Positions 54,523 through 64,000 of a stretch of DNA of 64,000 bases are shown in pieces. The stretch's first letter is position 1, and every line of letters starts with the position of its first letter. Source of the DNA: an archaeon GW2011_AR15 (GTDB lineage: Archaea; Nanobdellota; Nanobdellia; Woesearchaeales; GW2011-AR15); the NCBI GenBank assembly GCA_000830295.1, contig CP010425.1:832001-896000 (forward strand), read 5' to 3'. Below the pieces are notes generated by a model that did not search any database, was not told the DNA's origin, and saw only the letters and a program-made list of their open reading frames with translations. The position numbers and the translations under genes were made by a program.

Positions 54523-56274
54523 ATGATGAAAGAAAAAGGAAAACTAGTAAGGATTGCCGGCCCGGTTGTAGTGGCAGTAGGCATAAATGCAAGAATGTAT
54601 GACCTTGTTAAAGTCGGTAACGAAAACCTGATGGGAGAAGTTATTCAGGTTGACGGCGACAGGGTGACGATCCAGGTATATGAGGACACTTCAGGCATAA
54701 AGCCCGGAGAGCCCGTGGTAAATATGGGCCTTCCTCTCTCAGTAAAGCTCGGGCCAGGGCTGCTTACAAGCATCTATGACGGAATCCAGAGGCCTCTCCC
54801 GGTCCTTTCAAAGAAAATGGGGGATTATATCCAGAGGGGAGTTACAGCATCAGGGCTTGATGAATCAAAGAAATGGGAGTTCAGGGCACTTGTCAAGAAA
54901 GGCGATAAAGCCTCTCCTGGGATGATTATCGGGGAGGTTCAGGAAACAGAAACAATAAAGCACAGAATACTTGCTCCGCCAGAAGAAAAATATGAAGGAA
55001 AAATAAAGGAAATCAAGTCAGGCAAGTTTACAGTAAATGATGTAGTGGGAAAGCTTGAAAACGGCGCAGAATTAAGACTGAGCCATGAATGGCCGGTAAG
55101 GGTCCCAAGAAGGCTGGCAGAGAAATCAGCTCCGAATATGCCGCTTATAACAGGGCAGAGGATTTTTGACGGACTTTTCCCTCTTGCAAAAGGTGGAGTG
55201 GCAGCTATCCCCGGGCCGTTTGGGGCAGGGAAGACAGTTTCACAGCAGCAGCTTGCCAAGTGGTCTGACGCGGATATTGTGGTATATATCGGCTGCGGGG
55301 AAAGGGGGAACGAGATGACAGAAGTTCTTACAGAATTCCCGCATCTGAAGGATCCGAAGACAGGCAAGCCGCTGATGAACAGGACAGTGCTTATAGCAAA
55401 CACATCAAATATGCCGGTTGCTGCAAGGGAAGCTTCAATCTATACAGGAATCACAATTGCAGAATATTACAGGGACCAAGGATATTCAGTCGCCCTGATG
55501 GCAGACTCAACAAGCAGGTGGGCAGAAGCAATGAGGGAGATTTCATCAAGGCTTGAGGAAATGCCCGGAGAAGAAGGCTATCCTGCTTATTTATCAACAA
55601 GGCTTGCAGAATTTTACGAAAGGGCAGGCATAGGAAAAACACTTTCAGGAGATATCGGTTCAGTATCAGTTATCGGAGCAGTAAGTCCGCCCGGAGGAGA
55701 TTTTTCAGAGCCTGTTACACAAAATACCCTGAGAGTTACAAAAACATTCTGGGCCCTTGATGCAAAGCTTTCCCAGAGAAGGCATTTTCCGAGCATCAAC
55801 TGGCTTACATCTTACAGCCTTTACAACAAGACACTGGAGCCATGGTATTCTGAGCATGTTAATCCAAACTGGTCAAGAATGATGGCAGAGATAATGTCTA
55901 TACTTCAGGAAGAAGAGAAACTGCTGGAAATTGTCCAGCTTGTAGGCTCTGATGCCCTGCCGGAAAAACAGCAGCTTACACTGGAAGTTGCAAGGATGAT
56001 AAGGGAATTTTTCCTTCAGCAGAACGCTTTTCACGATATTGATACATACTGCGAGCCAAAGAAGACATATATGCTTGCAGAGACAATCCTTTACTTCGGA
56101 GACAGGGCAAAGCAGGCCCTGGAAGAGGGAATTGCAATCGCCACCCTCCTTAACCTGAAGAGCAAGGATGAGATTGCAAACGTGAAATTTGTCAAGGATT
56201 ATGAAAAAGAGCTTAACAAAATCAAGCTGAGCATTGACAGGGAATTCAATAAAGTTGAGCAGGGTGGTCAATAA
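54523..56274 (+). CDS. atpA: A-type ATP synthase subunit A (no intein)
   Basis: [36 protein letters not shown]. Confidence 0.98.
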   Translation: MMKEKGKLVRIAGPVVVAVGINARMYDLVKVGNENLMGEVIQVDGDRVTIQVYEDTSGIKPGEPVVNMGLPLSVKLGPGLLTSIYDGIQRPLPVLSKKMGDYIQRGVTASGLDESKKWEFRALVKKGDKASPGMIIGEVQETETIKHRILAPPEEKYEGKIKEIKSGKFTVNDVVGKLENGAELRLSHEWPVRVPRRLAEKSAPNMPLITGQRIFDGLFPLAKGGVAAIPGPFGAGKTVSQQQLAKWSDADIVVYIGCGERGNEMTEVLTEFPHLKDPKTGKPLMNRTVLIANTSNMPVAAREASIYTGITIAEYYRDQGYSVALMADSTSRWAEAMREISSRLEEMPGEEGYPAYLSTRLAEFYERAGIGKTLSGDIGSVSVIGAVSPPGGDFSEPVTQNTLRVTKTFWALDAKLSQRRHFPSINWLTSYSLYNKTLEPWYSEHVNPNWSRMMAEIMSILQEEEKLLEIVQLVGSDALPEKQQLTLEVARMIREFFLQQNAFHDIDTYCEPKKTYMLAETILYFGDRAKQALEEGIAIATLLNLKSKDEIANVKFVKDYEKELNKIKLSIDREFNKVEQGGQ

Positions 56275-57725
56275 TGTTACAAAAAGAATATAAGACAATC
56301 AGGAGAATTGCAGGGCCTCTGGTCTTTGTAGAAAAGACACACCCGGTTGGCTATGGTGAGCTTGTAGCTATAAAGCTTTCAGACGGCTCTCTGAAGAATG
56401 GCCAGGTGCTTGATACAAGCGAAGACCTGGTTGTTGTCCAGGTCTTCGAAGGGACATCCAGGATTGACAAGGCATCATGGGTAAAATTCCTCGGAGAGAC
56501 AATCAAGCTTCCTGTATCTGAGAAGATGCTTGGAAGAATCCTGACAGGGGCAGGCAAGCCAAGGGATGGCGGTCCTGAAATTGTTGGGGAGAAAAGGCTT
56601 GACATTGTTGGGGCAGCCATAAATCCGCATGTCAGGAGAAGCCCGGCTGAATTCATCCAGACAGGAATTTCAACAATCGACGCGACAAACACGCTGGTAA
56701 GAGGCCAAAAACTGCCTATTTTTTCAGGCTCCGGGCTGCCGCACAACGAGATTGCACTGCAGATAGCAAGGCAGGCCAAGGTTCCTGGCAGCGAGGGAAA
56801 GTTTGCAGTAATATTCGCAGCAATGGGCATCACGAACGAGGAAGCCCAGTATTTTATGAGAGATTTCGAGGAGACAGGAGCTTTGCAGAGGGCAGTTGTC
56901 TTCCTTAACCTTGCAGACGACCCGGCTGTCGAGAGGCTTATCACTCCGAAAATGGCGCTTACAACCGCAGAGTATCTTGCATTTGAGAAAGATATGCACG
57001 TACTTGTTATTCTTACAGATATGACAAACTACTGCGAGTCACTAAGGGAGATAGGTGCAGCAAGAGAAGAAATTCCCGGAAGAAGGGGATTCCCAGGGTA
57101 CATGTATACTGACCTCGCATCAGTCTATGAAAGGGCAGGCATGATTGAGGGAAAGAAAGGATCAATCACACAAGTGCCGATTCTTACAATGGTAGGGGAC
57201 GATATTACGCACCCTATTCCTGACCTTACAGGATATATAACAGAAGGCCAGATTGTGCTTTCAAGGGAACTGCACAGGAAAGGCATCTATCCTCCTGTTG
57301 ACGTGCTTCCGTCATTGTCAAGGCTGATGAATTCAGGAATAGGGGCAAAGAAGACAAGGGATGACCACAAGCAGGTAAGCGACCAGATGTATGCTTTCTA
57401 TGCAGAAGGCCGCGACTTAAGAGGGCTTGTAGCAATTGTCGGTGAAGAAGCCCTGTCTGACAGGGATAAAAGGCTGCTTAAGTTTGCAGAACAATTCGAA
57501 AAGAAGTTCGTCCGGCAGAGCACAAAAGAGAACAGGGACATAGACAGGACACTTGAGATCGGCTGGGAACTGCTGAGAATGCTTCCGAAGAAAGAGCTTA
57601 CAAGGGTAAGCCCAGAGCTGAGAGAAAAGTATTATGGCAATGAGGAAGTTGCTCTTGACGGCCAGAAGCATGAAACTCCTCTTGAATCCGATGAAGACGA
57701 AGAAAAACTTAAGAGAGCCAAATAA
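56274..57725 (+). CDS. atpB: A-type ATP synthase subunit B
   Basis: [43 protein letters not shown]. Confidence 0.98.
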   Translation: MLQKEYKTIRRIAGPLVFVEKTHPVGYGELVAIKLSDGSLKNGQVLDTSEDLVVVQVFEGTSRIDKASWVKFLGETIKLPVSEKMLGRILTGAGKPRDGGPEIVGEKRLDIVGAAINPHVRRSPAEFIQTGISTIDATNTLVRGQKLPIFSGSGLPHNEIALQIARQAKVPGSEGKFAVIFAAMGITNEEAQYFMRDFEETGALQRAVVFLNLADDPAVERLITPKMALTTAEYLAFEKDMHVLVILTDMTNYCESLREIGAAREEIPGRRGFPGYMYTDLASVYERAGMIEGKKGSITQVPILTMVGDDITHPIPDLTGYITEGQIVLSRELHRKGIYPPVDVLPSLSRLMNSGIGAKKTRDDHKQVSDQMYAFYAEGRDLRGLVAIVGEEALSDRDKRLLKFAEQFEKKFVRQSTKENRDIDRTLEIGWELLRMLPKKELTRVSPELREKYYGNEEVALDGQKHETPLESDEDEEKLKRAK

Positions 57726-57740
57726 TTAGCGAAGGGAGGT

Positions 57741-57761
57741 TCGGAGGGCAGAGCCCTCTGA
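57741..57761. repeat. GC-rich hairpin between atpB and atpD
   Basis: TCGGAGGGC-AGA-GCCCTCTGA. Confidence 0.55.
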
Positions 57762-57796
57762 TGACCCTGGCAAAACAAAAACCATAAAACTGCAAT

Positions 57797-58414
57797 ATGA
57801 CAGACATAAAACCAACCAGGAGCGAGCTGATTAAGCTCAAGAACAAGATTAAGCTGGCTAAATCAGGGTATAAGCTCCTGAAAAAAAAGAGAGACGGGTT
57901 AATCCTGGAGTTCTTTGAGATACTTAAGGAAACAAAATCCGTCAGGCAGGAGATGACTGAGAAGTATAGGGAGGCCATTAAAAAAATAAACATGGCAAGA
58001 ATTCTTGATGGTGATATTGTAATTAAGTCTGTTTCAATGGCCATAAAAGATAAGCCGGTTATTGAAGTTGAGAACAAGAACCTTATGGGTGTTGTTGTCC
58101 CGAAAATAAACAGCAGGAATGTCAAGAAAACCCTGAAGACAAGAGGATACGGCCTTGTTACAACAAGCGCAGCAATAAACGAGGCCAGCGATGCCTATGA
58201 AGAACTTCTCGAGTACATTATCCTTGTAGCAGAAATTGAGACTGCAATGATACGGCTGCTTGAGGAGATTGACAAGACTAAGAGAAGGGTCAATGCGCTT
58301 GAGTTTGAGGTTATCCCGAAGCTTGAGAAGACAAAGAGCTTTATCCAGCTAAGACTTGAAGAGCTGGAAAGAGAGACAATCTTCAGGAGCAAAAGGATAA
58401 AAAAGAAGAGATAA
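57797..58414 (+). CDS. atpD: A-type ATP synthase subunit D
   Basis: PTRSEL, GYKLLKKKRDGL, TKRRVNALE. Confidence 0.97.
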   Translation: MTDIKPTRSELIKLKNKIKLAKSGYKLLKKKRDGLILEFFEILKETKSVRQEMTEKYREAIKKINMARILDGDIVIKSVSMAIKDKPVIEVENKNLMGVVVPKINSRNVKKTLKTRGYGLVTTSAAINEASDAYEELLEYIILVAEIETAMIRLLEEIDKTKRRVNALEFEVIPKLEKTKSFIQLRLEELERETIFRSKRIKKKR

Positions 58415-58441
58415 CAATCTCATTAGATTTTTCAGATTTAT

Positions 58442-58699
58442 CTATCTCAAGTTAGGGTCTTCCAGAGGCTCTTTCAGCGAAACATAATATCTTTTCGGCC
58501 TTGGGGCTGCGTTTTCCTTTTCGACCTTGCTTATGGCAGAATTCACTTTATCCTTATCCCAGTGGCTGAGAATCTCGTATATCTTCTCATTTGGATATTT
58601 TTTCACGTTTATGGCATACCTTATGTATTTCAGAACCTCGACAGAATTTGGATTCTTCTTTGCCTTTATCTCATCCATCCTTTCCCTGGTATCATGCAT
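58442..58699 (-). CDS. Hypothetical protein
   Basis: 85 aa with strong SD-like AGGTGAGGAG. Confidence 0.6.
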   Translation of the reverse strand: MHDTRERMDEIKAKKNPNSVEVLKYIRYAINVKKYPNEKIYEILSHWDKDKVNSAISKVEKENAAPRPKRYYVSLKEPLEDPNLR

Positions 58700-58750
58700 T
58701 TCTCCTCACCTTTTACATATATATAATGCAGTCCGGGATTTTAAATATTT

Positions 58751-59623
58751 CTATCTTATAAATAAGAAAAGCACAATATCATCAGCAATAGTCGTGTAAA
58801 TCATTGCTATAAGAAAGCTTGGTATGAAAGGAATGCCGTATTTCACTTTTACTGTCTTTATTTTTCCCTCTGCCTTATACTTCAGCAGCTTTTTTATCTG
58901 GTCTTTTTTTATTCCCAGTTCCTTTGGCCCTGTTATGTATTTTCCGCCTACCTTGACTTCCTCAACTATCCAGTCCCCTTCGGTCAGCTTTTCAGGTGGC
59001 ACGGATTTTATCATGGAAGCTTCTTCAATTGCCTTTATTACTATAACAAGATAGTTGGCGGAATAGAGGAAGACAGACATAAATGCGAAGATAATCTTTA
59101 TGCCCGCGGGTATGTCAATAAAAAATATTACTGCAAGCCCCAGAATGACTACCCCACCTGAATAATACCTCAATCTTCTTAATTTGTCATCTTTCATCAG
59201 CTTCATAAAATTCCTGCCTATTTTCTTTCTGTTCCTTATGCCTTCTATAATTGTCCATACTGTCACATACAGGGCGCCTGCAAAGAACATATTTATGAGG
59301 AATTTTACAAAAAAGTCATCCAGGAGCGGAAAGCCCAGGCCAAGCATGGCTCCAAGGCCGAAAATCATCTTGCTGTCTCCCCCGCCCCACTGTCCTGTAT
59401 AATACATGAAACAGCCCAAGGCAAGCGCAACACCCAGGCCGGTAAGTCCCTTTAGGATGTATGAATAATCCGAATATATGATTGTATAGATAAGGTTCAG
59501 CCCTATCCCAATAGCTATAAGCGAGTAATTGAACCAGTCAGGGACTTCCCGTGTCTTTATGTCTGTATAGGTGCCTATTACAATAGCTATCAGGGCAGTA
59601 ATAATGAAAAAGTCAATAATCAT
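58751..59623 (-). CDS. Prepilin/preflagellin peptidase (A24, FlaK/PibD-like)
   Basis: TDIKTREVPD, GGGDSK, LTEGDW, GIPFIP. Confidence 0.9.
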   Translation of the reverse strand: MIIDFFIITALIAIVIGTYTDIKTREVPDWFNYSLIAIGIGLNLIYTIIYSDYSYILKGLTGLGVALALGCFMYYTGQWGGGDSKMIFGLGAMLGLGFPLLDDFFVKFLINMFFAGALYVTVWTIIEGIRNRKKIGRNFMKLMKDDKLRRLRYYSGGVVILGLAVIFFIDIPAGIKIIFAFMSVFLYSANYLVIVIKAIEEASMIKSVPPEKLTEGDWIVEEVKVGGKYITGPKELGIKKDQIKKLLKYKAEGKIKTVKVKYGIPFIPSFLIAMIYTTIADDIVLFLFIR

Positions 59624-59659
59624 AGAAGGGAATCTTTCTGCATCCTATATAAATTTTTC

Positions 59660-59914
59660 TTAGAGATACAGCCTTGGCCTGTACAGTTTGTGGAATATCA
59701 GGTAAATTCCGCCAAGCACGCTTCCTCCTGCACAGATATAAATCAGGACTGATTCAGGAATAAAAGGGATAAGGTCGTTTCCGAGTTTCTTTAATAATAG
59801 TAAAGCACCAGTAGCTAAAAACAGAAATCCAAGGATAAACTGGGCAGGCAGCTCAAAGTGAGAGGTCCTTGGTCCGCTATAATGCCTTTGTGGATGAGGT
59901 TCACGCATAGCCAT
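59660..59914 (-). CDS. Small two-TM membrane protein
   Basis: 84 aa with two hydrophobic helices. Confidence 0.6.
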   Translation of the reverse strand: MAMREPHPQRHYSGPRTSHFELPAQFILGFLFLATGALLLLKKLGNDLIPFIPESVLIYICAGGSVLGGIYLIFHKLYRPRLYL

Positions 59915-60017
59915 TTAATAGGATAGTTCCTATTTAAATTTTTGCATATAAACATACCCCCGTATACCCTCTATAGAAAGGTTTAAATATTTCAGAGGGG
60001 ATTAATTGAGTCATTAA

Positions 60018-61097
60018 ATGAGAATTAATGGAAAATTTGTTGCAGCGGTAGTGATATTAGTTCTTTTGTCTAGTTTTGCATACGCGCAAAGCCAGAATTA
60101 TTCACAGATATTTGATCCTCTTTTTGACCTTTTTGATTATATCTTCAATCAGCTTGGCACGCAGATAGTGTTCAGGAAATTCCTGCTGTGGATGCTGCTG
60201 TTCGCTCTTCTGACTACGCTTGTCAAGAACCTCCCCTTCCTGAAAGATCAAACCGAGAACAGAAGAGGAAATGTGATTGCGTTTGCGCTTTCCCTTATAA
60301 TGGTTCTGGGAATCCCAACCAATGTAATAAACCTGATATATGACCAGTATGCACTCATAACCGCAATCGCGCTTTATCTTCTTGTTCCGGCTTTGCTGTT
60401 CTATGCGACAAAAGATGTGCAGTCCTCACTCATAAGAGGGATATTATTCTTAGGACTCGGCATATTGCTTCTGATACTTTCAAACTCATTTTTGGCAGGC
60501 CCAAGTAATTCAATGAGATTTTTCATAAACTGGATGAGGCTGGGAGCTGCCATACTGATGCTGGTCGGCCTTATTATGATACTTTCAGGCGGGTTCAGTG
60601 CAGCAAGGGGAGGACTGGGGTTCGGGTTTAATCCTTTAAACAGGAGAGCTCCGGGGGCAATACCCACGCCCGCAACACCTCCGCCAGCCGCATTCGTAAA
60701 TGCAGGCAATGCGCTTGATGTGCCTCTCAGGGCAGCTCAGGCTGCTGTAAGGGCAGTGTATGACAAAATCCATACACAGCTTATTGTTGCCGGAAATACC
60801 CATCTCATAAATAATGCAAATGCAATAAGGGATAATAATGCCACTGCCCAGGCCCAAAACAATAACTTTGCAACAAATTTCCATAATGTGATGCACAGCC
60901 TTATCATGACAGACTTTGCAAATGCAGTGAATGCAATAGCAACTGTCAGAGGCCATGCAGCAATAGGATCAATAACAGCTCCCCAGGCAACTGCATTGAC
61001 AAACCTGAGCAATGAACTGATTGCTTATGCGGATGATGTAGCAGATTACTATACTGTTTACGCTCAAAGACTGGCAAGAGCACAGGAGCCAACATGA
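60018..61097 (+). CDS. Membrane protein with Pro linker and Ala/Asn-rich C-terminal domain
   Basis: Signal-like N-terminus, about 5 further TM segments, PTPATPPP linker; TATA-like TTTAAATA upstream. Confidence 0.7.
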   Translation: MRINGKFVAAVVILVLLSSFAYAQSQNYSQIFDPLFDLFDYIFNQLGTQIVFRKFLLWMLLFALLTTLVKNLPFLKDQTENRRGNVIAFALSLIMVLGIPTNVINLIYDQYALITAIALYLLVPALLFYATKDVQSSLIRGILFLGLGILLLILSNSFLAGPSNSMRFFINWMRLGAAILMLVGLIMILSGGFSAARGGLGFGFNPLNRRAPGAIPTPATPPPAAFVNAGNALDVPLRAAQAAVRAVYDKIHTQLIVAGNTHLINNANAIRDNNATAQAQNNNFATNFHNVMHSLIMTDFANAVNAIATVRGHAAIGSITAPQATALTNLSNELIAYADDVADYYTVYAQRLARAQEPT

Positions 61098-62221
61098 CAG
61101 AGCAACACCAAAATCCGGAGAAAGTCCCAGGACATAACATACCGGAAGGAATAAGGAAGGTAAAGGAAGAAAATAAAATGCATCTTGCCAGAGTTAACCC
61201 TCTTATTGAATTGCTGAAAAAAGAAATGGAGAAGTTCAAGCAGGTGCTGGAATCATCAAGAGAGAAGATACCCGGCGAAGGAAATGAGCTTGGAAAAAGC
61301 GTAGATGGGGCCGAGAAAGCTATTAAGAAGCTCGATGCTGCAGAAGAAGCAGGCAAGAAGGCTGAAGAAGAAATTGATAAAATTGAGGAAAAAGAGAAGA
61401 AGGACCGCTCCCATGATGAAGAGACTATTGAAAAGGAGCTGGAAAAACTCGTTAAATCTTTTGAGAGGACAAGGCATGAGCTTGAGGAAATAAAGGCTGT
61501 TGACGATGAGGAATTCAGGGACATAAAAAAACTTCATGACCTTCTTGTGCCTATAAGGGAAGGGCTGCTGTATGCCTCTAAGCTTCCGGAAGACAAATGC
61601 ATTGAAGCCCTTAAAAAAATGAATACTATACACAGAGGAATATACAGCCTGAGAAAAGAATTCTCCAAATCACACAATGCTATGAAGGGGGCATTGTGGA
61701 CTATTTACAGGTTCTCCAGGCTGGAATACAGGCACTACAACACTTTAGGGAAAGATGTAAGGAAATTTATAAACAGGCCGGATGTTGATCCTGGTGCAAA
61801 GCAGTATTTAGAGAGAATGCTTGAGCAGCTGGAAAGGCCAATCCAGGTGATAATTGCCTATGAGAGAGAGCTGACAGGAAAGGAAAAAGAGGCAGTGCAT
61901 TCAGAAGAAGAAATAATGAAATATATGGATAGTATGAAGAAGAAAGTTGAGGAGATATTCAAAGGCCTGACAAGCCCGAACCCGAAAAAAGAGACCCTTG
62001 AAAAAAGGATAACTGCCAATAAGCAGCACGTCCTTGAGCTTATAGCAATCATAAAGAGACTTGATGATGCAGCAATCGCTTTTAGGAGGCTGCTTGTAAC
62101 TAATTTTGAAACGACGAGAAACTTCTATAGCGCAGTGAACCAGCTTATACAGGTATTATCACAGAAAGAAAGGGCATTGAAGTCTATAGAAGTCAGCAGA
62201 AAAACTGCTGCTAGGGCATGA
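61094..62221 (+). CDS. Charged coiled-coil protein
   Basis: 375 aa, E/K-rich helical; ATGA overlap with the previous gene. Confidence 0.7.
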   Translation: MTEQHQNPEKVPGHNIPEGIRKVKEENKMHLARVNPLIELLKKEMEKFKQVLESSREKIPGEGNELGKSVDGAEKAIKKLDAAEEAGKKAEEEIDKIEEKEKKDRSHDEETIEKELEKLVKSFERTRHELEEIKAVDDEEFRDIKKLHDLLVPIREGLLYASKLPEDKCIEALKKMNTIHRGIYSLRKEFSKSHNAMKGALWTIYRFSRLEYRHYNTLGKDVRKFINRPDVDPGAKQYLERMLEQLERPIQVIIAYERELTGKEKEAVHSEEEIMKYMDSMKKKVEEIFKGLTSPNPKKETLEKRITANKQHVLELIAIIKRLDDAAIAFRRLLVTNFETTRNFYSAVNQLIQVLSQKERALKSIEVSRKTAARA

Positions 62222-62260
62222 AAGTAATTCTAAAAAAGAAAGGAATAAAAAATTAAATAA

Positions 62261-63199
62261 TTATATCTCGTAATCCAGGTCGCTTGTCGGCTCAGCCATG
62301 GCTACAGGCCTTACGCCGTCTAATACACGCAGTTCGCCATCATATCCTGACAGCTTTTCCCTGTCTATCCTTAATGCAGGATTGCTGTTTACCCTTGCCA
62401 TTTCCTGGGCAAGCTGCGGTATGCCAAGCTCTCCTTCAAGAGTTGCTACATTCTTGTATTTCAGGGCAATTGCAGCTGCATCCATAAGGTGTCCGTCAAG
62501 CATATAGCCCGGGCCTTTTTGTGAAACATAGGCTTCAGCAACTTTCTCAAGCACAGCATATCCTGCTTTGAGCGTATCAATAATGCCCTGCTTTCCTGTC
62601 CATACATTCAGATGGATATCTTCATCTCCAAGAGCCTCTGTAAGAGCCCTTTCAATTTGGTTGGCATTTGTTCCGTTATAGAGTGTATTTTCCAGAGTTG
62701 AATGGTAGGCTGCTTTTGCCTGTGATGCATGAAGAAGCTGCTCTACCACAGCTACTCTTGCGCGGGAACTATCTGCTCCCCATGCAGTATCCATTTCTAT
62801 CCCCTGGTAATCAACAGCGACATCAGCTACCTGTGTCTTGCCGAATGCTTCAAGGTATGTGCTTATATCAAACAGAAGCCCTGTTTTGAAAACTTCATCT
62901 TCTGCTCTTGTGCCTTGTATCTGGGAAGTTTCCTCAAGCAAATCTGAAAGCCTTAGCATATCGCTATATGCTGTAGAAACATCAAGTGAGGCTACATTAG
63001 GGGCTGGGCCATACATTGATTCCAGTGAATTTGTCCTGTAATCAAGATTTTTCTTTACTTCTGCATAATTTTCAGCAGGCACTCCGCCTGAAAGACTCAG
63101 GTTAAGAGCCCTCATTTTCTGTCCTTTTGGCGCATGTCTTGCTGCGCTGAATGCTTTGCCAAACCTTGAATTTCTTATTATTGACATAAGTGATGCCAT
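62261..63199 (-). CDS. Hypothetical protein
   Basis: 312-aa ORF with SD-like AGGTGA; no recognised motif. Confidence 0.65.
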   Translation of the reverse strand: MASLMSIIRNSRFGKAFSAARHAPKGQKMRALNLSLSGGVPAENYAEVKKNLDYRTNSLESMYGPAPNVASLDVSTAYSDMLRLSDLLEETSQIQGTRAEDEVFKTGLLFDISTYLEAFGKTQVADVAVDYQGIEMDTAWGADSSRARVAVVEQLLHASQAKAAYHSTLENTLYNGTNANQIERALTEALGDEDIHLNVWTGKQGIIDTLKAGYAVLEKVAEAYVSQKGPGYMLDGHLMDAAAIALKYKNVATLEGELGIPQLAQEMARVNSNPALRIDREKLSGYDGELRVLDGVRPVAMAEPTSDLDYEI

Positions 63200-63335
63200 T
63201 GTTTTTCACCTTTTTACCACTTAAACGTGGTTATTATTTACTTGTTAGTAACAATTACTATATAAATGTTTCGTTTTCCTATTCTGACAGAGGATAACCA
63301 AACATTTTTATACCATTCCCCATATTTTCTTCTGT

Positions 63336-64000
63336 ATGGAGATAAGGCTGTCCAGAAAACCTTTAAGGCCGAAGATAATAGAAGGCTTTCCTGGATTTGG
63401 GCTTATTGGCACCATTTCAACGGAATTTCTTATAGATCATCTTAAGGCAGAAAAAATAGGTTCATTCCACTATACAGAGCTGCCTGCCACAGTTGCTGTG
63501 CATGGTGGAAGGATAGTTGATCCGATGGGCGTCTTCTACAGCCGGGAGCACAACCTTGTGATATTGCATACAATACTTGATACTATAGGGCTTGAATGGG
63601 CCATTGCAGAAAATATAAACAGAATGGCAAAAGAGCTGAGAGCTGCTGAGATTATAGGCCTTGAGGGAGTCTCCTCTCTGCAGAAATCTGACTCAGGCAG
63701 AGTTTTTTTCTACTCCACAAGCTCAAAGACCAAAGAAAAGCTGGAAAAAGCAGGCCTTTACCCGCTGAAAGAGTCAGTGATTGTAGGAGTTTCAGGAGCG
63801 ATGCTGCTCCGCTCAGCCATTCCTGTCACATGCTTCCTTGGAGAGACCAAGACAGAAACACCTGACAGCAGGGCAGCAGCCGGAATAATAAAGGCACTGG
63901 ACGAATACCTCAACTTAAAGGTTGACTACAGGCCGCTGCTTAAACAGGCGCAGGAAGTAGAAGAGAAGTTTAAGTCCATAATGAAACAGAGTTCAGCAGC
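63336..64000 (+). CDS. PAC2 family proteasome assembly chaperone-like protein, 3'-truncated by the window edge
   Basis: Hand translation MEIRLSRKPLRPKIIEGFPGFGLIGTISTEFLIDHL…PDSRAAA; open to the window end. Confidence 0.85.
   Translation, partial: MEIRLSRKPLRPKIIEGFPGFGLIGTISTEFLIDHLKAEKIGSFHYTELPATVAVHGGRIVDPMGVFYSREHNLVILHTILDTIGLEWAIAENINRMAKELRAAEIIGLEGVSSLQKSDSGRVFFYSTSSKTKEKLEKAGLYPLKESVIVGVSGAMLLRSAIPVTCFLGETKTETPDSRAAAGIIKALDEYLNLKVDYRPLLKQAQEVEEKFKSIMKQSSA

Noticed and set aside
54523-56274. Intein in atpA
   Set aside because: 583 aa with a continuous P-loop region, so no insertion

Overview
Archaeal DNA, most likely DPANN/Woesearchaeota-like (inferred from uL16/L10e, NOG1, a complete A-type ATP synthase operon, class III signal-peptide proteins, PAC2, an intron-containing tRNA-Met and TATA-box leaderless promoters). 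1-30 kb is a surface-glycan synthesis and modification island: six radical SAM enzymes (three cobalamin-type), GT2/GT4/GT-C glycosyltransferases, Wzm/Wzt, a carbamoyltransferase, CysD, an arylsulfotransferase and three alkaline-phosphatase/sulfatase-superfamily enzymes. Four adjacent genes there share an (L/I)xSL(G/P)Y motif, including a 68-aa membrane peptide that could be a tyrosine carrier. 30-36 kb holds three paralogous unknown genes, a HEXXH protein, a duplicated NTase-HEPN protein and three orphan copies of gene 3' ends; two of these flank small hairpin inserts that share a GCATCA junction. A beta-helix lipoprotein cassette occurs twice, inverted, with divergent C-termini. At about 38.4 kb a GTCTCA repeat array next to a winged-helix gene sits where gene orientation switches (candidate non-canonical origin), near a tandem Fis-like protein. 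The right half is mostly housekeeping (canonical Lgt beside a lipobox protein, MutS, ATP synthase, prepilin peptidase). No CRISPR array, transposase or integrase was seen. All calls come from reading motifs; no searches were run.
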